A stretch of 64,000 nucleotides of DNA from an uncultured Gammaproteobacteria bacterium (GTDB lineage Bacteria > Patescibacteriota > Microgenomatia > CAYGWK01), in the NCBI GenBank assembly GCA_964353785.1, contig CAYGWK010000003.1:17303-81302 (forward strand), in the 5' to 3' direction. The notes under the pieces were generated by a model. It made no database searches and was not told the origin of the DNA. It saw only the letters and a list, made by a program, of their open reading frames with translations. Positions 58,579 to 64,000 of this stretch are shown here, piece by piece. Position 1 is the first letter of the stretch; each line of letters opens with the position of its first letter. The position numbers were made by a program, and so were the translations under genes.

Positions 58579-59399
58579 AAAAATCTCTTAACGTTTTCTA
58601 ACAAAATAGGGTCTAAGACATACCTAATTTCTTCCTGCTGACATCGTCTATAAATTTCCAATTCTTGAACTGCCCAACCGACTAAGGCCATCATCTTCCC
58701 TTTTCTGGTAAAAGCATCCTCGAAAGCCCGGCGGGCACTAAGTCTTAAATTCCCAACAATTGAGGTCTCCCACATATCTGCCCTCAGAGGATTTTCAGCG
58801 TCTGAGAAAAAAGGCAAACCTTTTCTTGAAGAAAACTCAATCGTTCTTCTCAAACCTACGTCTCCAGTGGCAAAAAAGGAATCCGCTTCTCGCAAGATTC
58901 TCAATTCGGTAAGAAAACCAAGTTTTGCCACCACTTCCCCTCTTTGTCTAATCTGTTTTTCTCTCAACAACGGTTCTCCTCCTCTTGATTTAAGAGGATA
59001 AGTAAAGGCGGTGTTATCATGCATCCAAATCAGTATTAAAATTCCTGCTTTTTCCCTTTGAGAAAGACCAAAATTCTTATCAATTATTCTTTTGATTATT
59101 TTTACTCCTTCACTCTGGTGTTCAAATTTGTCAAGAGAGTTTCTTTCTCCAGCGGTATAACCAACATCATGACTCAAGGCAGCCAAAGTTAAAACTAGTG
59201 GGTTGATTTTTATTTTTTCTCCTCTTGCTTTTGCTTCCCGACAAGCCATCCCCAAAACTTCAATTGTCCTTTTTTCAACCTCAAGGACATGATTTAGTCC
59301 ATGAACATCCTCGGGAGGGTATAATTTTCCCAATTCTTCCAAAAACATCTTTCTTTCTGGGACTGCCCTATTTAAAACTTGTTCAAATTCAGGACTCAT
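58575..59399 (-). CDS. HD-domain phosphohydrolase
   Basis: HGLNHV...ALSHDVG...H...MHD...LREADS. Confidence 0.8.
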   Translation of the reverse strand: MSPEFEQVLNRAVPERKMFLEELGKLYPPEDVHGLNHVLEVEKRTIEVLGMACREAKARGEKIKINPLVLTLAALSHDVGYTAGERNSLDKFEHQSEGVKIIKRIIDKNFGLSQREKAGILILIWMHDNTAFTYPLKSRGGEPLLREKQIRQRGEVVAKLGFLTELRILREADSFFATGDVGLRRTIEFSSRKGLPFFSDAENPLRADMWETSIVGNLRLSARRAFEDAFTRKGKMMALVGWAVQELEIYRRCQQEEIRYVLDPILLENVKRFL

Positions 59400-61084
59400 G
59401 CCACCTCCGTGGACAAAGACTGCCTAACAAAACCTTCTGGCTGACCAAGACAACTTGGGTGTTCTTGACAACAGACTGGTTCATATTCGCTGTCTCCTGC
59501 CAAAAATGTAACATCGTTATACTGGGCAATTTCTCCAGTTTCAACCTTCACTCTTCTTGTCCCCCTGGCAGGTCGACCGCAATACTTACATCTTGTTCTC
59601 ATTTCAATTTGGTTCCAATTTAAATTATCTAGGGACTTCCCAATCAACTCGTGCATAAAAGTAAAAGGTTCTTCTTGAAAAGTATAATCAATACCATCAA
59701 CGACGATATTGAATCCCTTCATCCGAAGATGCTCAAGATAGAGTATGGCGTCGTCAGCTTCAGTTTTATGAAATAGCATTATTTCGTCAATGAATATAAA
59801 CGGATACTTATTTGGGGCAATGTTTTCTTTTTCGATATAGAGAACAACATCTTTCAGGTTATTACTTTCAATGGTAATCCCTTTAATTTTTCTTCTATCT
59901 CTGGTCATCACGTGGGTCCTTTGCTCTTCACCGTACCTTAAAGCAGCTTCTGGTTGGAGGGAAATTATTTTATTCTCTCCTATTCGTTCTATTTGTTGTT
60001 CAAGTTCCAAGAAAACAGTCGTTTTACCCGTGAACATACTTTTACTATGAACAATCATCACTTGCCCTTTTTCTTTTTCGGCAAAGACTGCCATAATTCT
60101 ATCGGCAACCTCTTTAGGCTGAGGATTGAGCAAATCTTTAAGAAGACCAAGCTCCCCTCGTATTTTATAGATTTCTCTGTATCTTATCGAAGGATTTTTA
60201 TAAGTTTCAATTGGGTCGATAACAATCGGTAAAACTTTAACCTGCCATTCTTGAGGCAACCTCTCAATAAGTTCTTTGATTAAGCGCGTCTCCATATCTA
60301 AATCGTCCACAGTGAACACTCTTTCACTTTCTCGATGGGGCTGGTCTTTGAGACGCTCCCTTACCCCAAAGTATAAATTCTCAACTTTATCAGGCAGAAG
60401 AGCAACCAGAAGAGTTGGTCTTAGAATAAGAGGTTTAAAAAGTTCAACCGTTTGTCTGTATACCTTATATTCTTCTTCGGATAATTTTCCCATCGACTTA
60501 TACCATGGAACCCATTGCTCAATATCAGTTATAGGACACATCTCAGAGACCCCAATTCCTTTTCTTACCATGGTTCCCAAACCAAGACTTATGTTTGTTG
60601 ATAGAAAATAAATTTGGGAGCGAAGCATAAAGCAAGAATCTTCTTGTGATTTTGCCCAAAATGGATTTTCCTCGTAAGGGTCTTTTAAAAATAACTCCGC
60701 GTTCAAATCTTCAGCTAAAACACGAGCGATTGTGCTTTTTCCCACCCCTAGCGGTCCAATAAACTCAATTCTCACCATATCTTTCTGTTCTAGCATGGTA
60801 GCGACAGCGCCATGAATCGGTGATAGATTATGTTTAACAGCAAAAAGTTCCAATGTTTTCCAAAAAAGAACTTTTTCTTCCAAGGAAAAGCTTTTACTCA
60901 AAAGTTTTTTTGTCAATTCTTCTCTTTGGGAAAGTAAAAAATGCTCCTTTTCTTTAGCTGAAAAACCAGATAAATTTTCCTCTGATTGGAAAAGTCTACC
61001 AATATAATCTTTATAGGCTTCCAGAAAACGAATTCTTTCTTCTTCAGGAGAAATTAAATTTTCCCCTCTTCGTTCTAAAGTCAT
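59396..61084 (-). CDS. Deoxynucleoside kinase + thymidine kinase fusion
   Basis: N-half GPLGVGKST, PYEENPF, SQIYFL (dNK). C-half SMFTGKTT, FIDE, DGIDYTFQEEPF, CKYCG...YEPVC (type II TK with zinc lasso). Confidence 0.85.
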   Translation of the reverse strand: MTLERRGENLISPEEERIRFLEAYKDYIGRLFQSEENLSGFSAKEKEHFLLSQREELTKKLLSKSFSLEEKVLFWKTLELFAVKHNLSPIHGAVATMLEQKDMVRIEFIGPLGVGKSTIARVLAEDLNAELFLKDPYEENPFWAKSQEDSCFMLRSQIYFLSTNISLGLGTMVRKGIGVSEMCPITDIEQWVPWYKSMGKLSEEEYKVYRQTVELFKPLILRPTLLVALLPDKVENLYFGVRERLKDQPHRESERVFTVDDLDMETRLIKELIERLPQEWQVKVLPIVIDPIETYKNPSIRYREIYKIRGELGLLKDLLNPQPKEVADRIMAVFAEKEKGQVMIVHSKSMFTGKTTVFLELEQQIERIGENKIISLQPEAALRYGEEQRTHVMTRDRRKIKGITIESNNLKDVVLYIEKENIAPNKYPFIFIDEIMLFHKTEADDAILYLEHLRMKGFNIVVDGIDYTFQEEPFTFMHELIGKSLDNLNWNQIEMRTRCKYCGRPARGTRRVKVETGEIAQYNDVTFLAGDSEYEPVCCQEHPSCLGQPEGFVRQSLSTEVA

Positions 61085-61139
61085 ACCTGCCCTCTTTTCA
61101 CAAATACCACTAATTTAGAAGTTCGTCAACTAGCAAAAA

Positions 61140-62654
61140 CTAGGTCAAATTATCTAACCAACGTTCTTCTTGAAGAAACGGCCATCCTTTTTTTAAAGCC
61201 ATTTCCGCCCAGCCCAAATGAATTCCTATCTCCAAGGCATGAGAAATCTGACTGATGGCATCGGCCCTCGCGATTAACTGAACTAGTTCATGGGCAGTTC
61301 TACCTCTAAACTCCTGAAGAATCTTCCCTGACCCGTCGGGTGGGACTAACCTAGCTACTATTTCTCCCTTTTCGAGGCTAAGCAAGAAATTACCTCTAGG
61401 GTCCCATCCCTCCTTGGTCTTTCCTTTATGTTGTTTTACCAAGTATTCTGCTATTTCTCTGGCACTTTGATAAATATGAGTCCTGGTTGAAAAGGTAATT
61501 AACGAACCCATGGTCAGGTCTTTATATTTAGTCTTAACTCTTTCTAAAATGAGGTTTTGGATTCGCCTTAAACCAAAGGCATTCCAGGGCCAAGCATTAG
61601 CCATGTCATTTGAGCGAAAAATTCCGGTTAAGAAAAGTTTATCTTGCTCAATTGAAGCCTGAAAAGCATAGAGACATGGGTTGCGCAAGGCCTTATTGTC
61701 TTTGTTGGGATCATACAAAACCGCAATTGCTCCTCTATCATTTGGGTCTTTTAAAAGTTTGCCCACTACTGCCTCAAACTGGTTGATTTTTTGGGGTCCA
61801 AAAGCGAAAATCCTCTCCCCATAGGTATACCATTCTCCTTTGGGTAATTCTTGGGTCAAAAAGTTTTTTTGAATATAGTCCTCAACTTGAGATTTGGTGA
61901 ACGGTAATATTTGCCAGCTAGTCTTGTCTTCAACCTCTCGATCAGTGATGGTAATAATGTTTAAAACGTCCTCTGCTTCCTGACCATAGTTAGTCATGGC
62001 TGAGGGACCGAAACGTAAAATCTTTTCTAAGATTTGAACGTAGGCTTCGGCTATTGTTGGTGTAATCACCAGCTCGGCCCCTACCTTCCGGGGAAATTTT
62101 TCTCTCCCCACTTCAGGCAAAGGCAACAAAACGGCCTCGCTCTGTGGACCCTTATAGGGGGATTTGCTGATTGTCTCCTGAATTTTTACCGGATCAACAA
62201 CTCCCCGAAGATCAACAAGGGCAATATTTTCTCTGAATTTATCAATTTCCTCAAACGGAATTGTGTCTGAGATTTTTGCTCCTTCAGGCCCGCCTGTTAT
62301 GTTCCTCTTCTGATCAACTCCATTTTCCACTAAATTCATCAATGCTTGACCCCCAACGCCTTCTTTCATTTCCCTCCCACAAACCACTAGATATCTTATC
62401 GCCCTATTGGAAGCACAGGTTCGGATGATACCATCTATGCCGGCCCCAGAGGTTTTTAGCTGACCGATCGCGGCAATTTTTTTCTGATCGAGTTCTGGCC
62501 AGATAGTATCAACAGGAGTCCAGAGAGTAACAACTCCTACACAAGCATCTGGGTTGCCAACCCGAAGCTCAGGTACTTCCCCGCCCATAAAATAAGGAGG
62601 CCAATTTTCAATCCGGACTCGCCTTTCACTCGATAGTCTTTCCTGTCTACTCAT
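61140..62654 (-). CDS. MtrA-like domain + thymidylate synthase + DUF4346-like fusion
   Basis: VGNPDACVGVVTLWT...SNRAIRYLVVCGRE..GQAL (MtrA-like); YTYGERI, PCL, FRSND, PWN, HIY (ThyA fold); DPRGNF...ISHALEIG..L.AE.AL (DUF4346-like). Confidence 0.82.
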   Translation of the reverse strand: MSRQERLSSERRVRIENWPPYFMGGEVPELRVGNPDACVGVVTLWTPVDTIWPELDQKKIAAIGQLKTSGAGIDGIIRTCASNRAIRYLVVCGREMKEGVGGQALMNLVENGVDQKRNITGGPEGAKISDTIPFEEIDKFRENIALVDLRGVVDPVKIQETISKSPYKGPQSEAVLLPLPEVGREKFPRKVGAELVITPTIAEAYVQILEKILRFGPSAMTNYGQEAEDVLNIITITDREVEDKTSWQILPFTKSQVEDYIQKNFLTQELPKGEWYTYGERIFAFGPQKINQFEAVVGKLLKDPNDRGAIAVLYDPNKDNKALRNPCLYAFQASIEQDKLFLTGIFRSNDMANAWPWNAFGLRRIQNLILERVKTKYKDLTMGSLITFSTRTHIYQSAREIAEYLVKQHKGKTKEGWDPRGNFLLSLEKGEIVARLVPPDGSGKILQEFRGRTAHELVQLIARADAISQISHALEIGIHLGWAEMALKKGWPFLQEERWLDNLT

Positions 62655-63465
62655 TTTTAATTTTTGCTATCTGAACCTTACTTTTCTGCAAAAGGAGCAG
62701 TCCTTTTCTATCATAATACTCCTTGTCAAACACAACTCTTTTTATCCCTGCCTCAATAATTTCTTTAGCGCATTCTTCGCAGGGGCAACTAGTAACATAA
62801 AGAGAGGCACCATCTAAAGAGATTCCTTTCCGCGCTGCTCGGGCTATTCCTATTTTTTCGGAGTGGATCCCATCACAAAAAGAAATTTTTTCTCCTGGAG
62901 CTAAAAAAATGTCTGCTGGTCTTATAGGCAACTCCTTGCAATTTGTTTGCCAAGGAGTGAAGCAAGCACCGGTCATAATTACTTCTTCATTTAACACAAA
63001 CACGCAGGCTGTCGGTCGCCACCAGCAGGTACTTTCAGACAAAAGCCTCTGGGCTTCTAACATAAATTGGCGGTCTAAAGGATCGGAAGTTTGCTTAACC
63101 TCAACCTCCTCAGCAAATACTTCTGTTGGGGGTAAAAGTTTCTTCTTTGACAAGATAACTTCTCCAAATTGCTCTACTTGACCAAATTCGCCAGCCACCA
63201 ACTGTTCTAGTTCCTGTTCAGAACAAGCAAACACCGCCTCCACCCCCTCCATTGATGCCAGAATTTGGGCTTTGGCCAGACCCCGGCTACCCGGCGTCAA
63301 TTCTTGATTCGCCATAACGATTATTGTTCCTGGCTTCTCCTTAATGATCCTGGACAAGTAAGTTAAATTCCGACAGCGGATTGCCTCCTCACCCAAAAGA
63401 ACAATTTGGGCGGAGCGTAATTTTTCTGGAGGCAGTTGGTAGAATGGTCTTATTCTCTCAACCAT
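62647..63465 (-). CDS. dCMP deaminase with a degenerate N-terminal nucleotidyltransferase-like domain
   Basis: DRQFM, STC, IHSE, LYVTSCPCEECAKEIIEAGIKRVV. Confidence 0.85.
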   Translation of the reverse strand: MVERIRPFYQLPPEKLRSAQIVLLGEEAIRCRNLTYLSRIIKEKPGTIIVMANQELTPGSRGLAKAQILASMEGVEAVFACSEQELEQLVAGEFGQVEQFGEVILSKKKLLPPTEVFAEEVEVKQTSDPLDRQFMLEAQRLLSESTCWWRPTACVFVLNEEVIMTGACFTPWQTNCKELPIRPADIFLAPGEKISFCDGIHSEKIGIARAARKGISLDGASLYVTSCPCEECAKEIIEAGIKRVVFDKEYYDRKGLLLLQKSKVQIAKIKNE

Positions 63466-63931
63466 TTCTTTTCCGTAAAAGTCTGGCTAGTTCTTCCGGA
63501 GCAAGTTTAACCTCTTGATAATGCCAAGTAACCAAGCCTTTAACAAAGGGCATAATCTGCCAATGAAGGTGTTTAACTGTTTTTCCAGTTTGTTTTCCCT
63601 CGCGAAGCAAAAACCAAACACTATCGATATCTAATACCTCCCGCAACAATTTAAGGCTCTTTTTCGCTAAACGGTGATAAGCCATTATCTCATTTTCGCT
63701 TAAATCAAGATAGTTTTCTATATGTCTTTTAGGAATCACCAGTAGATGCCCATCAATATAAGGAAAAAGATTGGTGGTTAAAACCAAACCAGAGTCCTCG
63801 GCGACAATGTATTTTTCTTTCAAATCACAAAAAACACATTTACCCACGTTTTTGGCAATCTCATCATATTTTCCTTTTGTCCTGGCACTTAATTGCCATT
63901 TTTTATTGAAAAAATCTTTCTTTTTTTTCAC
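63458..63931 (-). CDS. HIT-family hydrolase (Ap4A hydrolase/adenylyltransferase-like)
   Basis: CVFC, NLFPYIDGHLLVIPKRH, TVKHLHWQIMP (HxHxQ). Confidence 0.88.
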   Translation of the reverse strand: MKKKKDFFNKKWQLSARTKGKYDEIAKNVGKCVFCDLKEKYIVAEDSGLVLTTNLFPYIDGHLLVIPKRHIENYLDLSENEIMAYHRLAKKSLKLLREVLDIDSVWFLLREGKQTGKTVKHLHWQIMPFVKGLVTWHYQEVKLAPEELARLLRKRNG

Positions 63932-63943
63932 CGGTTTGTCCTT

Positions 63944-64000
63944 TCAAAGCCAGTCAGCATTTTCTCTAATTTTCTGAATAATTTTGGACGTCGAGACCAT
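63944..64000 (-). CDS. C-terminus of a probable cytidylyltransferase-family (TagD/RfaE-like) protein, partial
   Basis: Hand translation ...VSTSKIIQKIRENADWL* resembles the STxxIIxxI terminal motif; only 18 residues are visible. Confidence 0.45.
   Translation of the reverse strand: MVSTSKIIQKIRENADWL

Overview
Low-GC bacterial chromosome segment (standard code 11) that looks like a Patescibacteria/CPR genome, probably Microgenomates. This is inferred from the type IV pilus cluster, the shortened RF1, EF-Ts, YchF and HolB proteins, the MGRG-loop EF-P and many leaderless genes. Most of the window is housekeeping: pilin-pilC-pilT-pilB, gyrB-ppa-gyrA, a Xer recombinase with a dif-like site nearby (possible replication terminus), efp/tRNA-Leu, dnaB, hisS, rpmE-prfA, rpsF-ssb-rpsR, cysS, dnaX-ybaB-recR, proS and rpsB-tsf-frr-rseP. 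Four things stand out. (1) A set of tiny palindromic elements sits in frame inside proteins: a 24-bp double-mini-hairpin unit (10 copies at 7 loci, ATAA/AATAA duplicated at the ends), a ~150-157-nt covarying structured element (4 copies, one translated inside dnaX), 20-32-bp hairpins and 7-9-mer tandem repeats. (2) An ~8.5-kb nucleotide/one-carbon cluster carries unusual fusions (MtrA-like + thymidylate synthase + DUF4346, deoxynucleoside kinase + thymidine kinase, degenerate nucleotidyltransferase + dCMP deaminase) plus HD, HIT, Tmk, a DUF1599-like gene and formiminotransferase/cyclodeaminase. (3) A stand-alone DUF1874/AcrIII-1-like ring-nuclease homolog. (4) A TrpR-like gene bracketed by two copies of a 26-bp palindrome. 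All family calls come from motif recognition by eye; no database searches were run.
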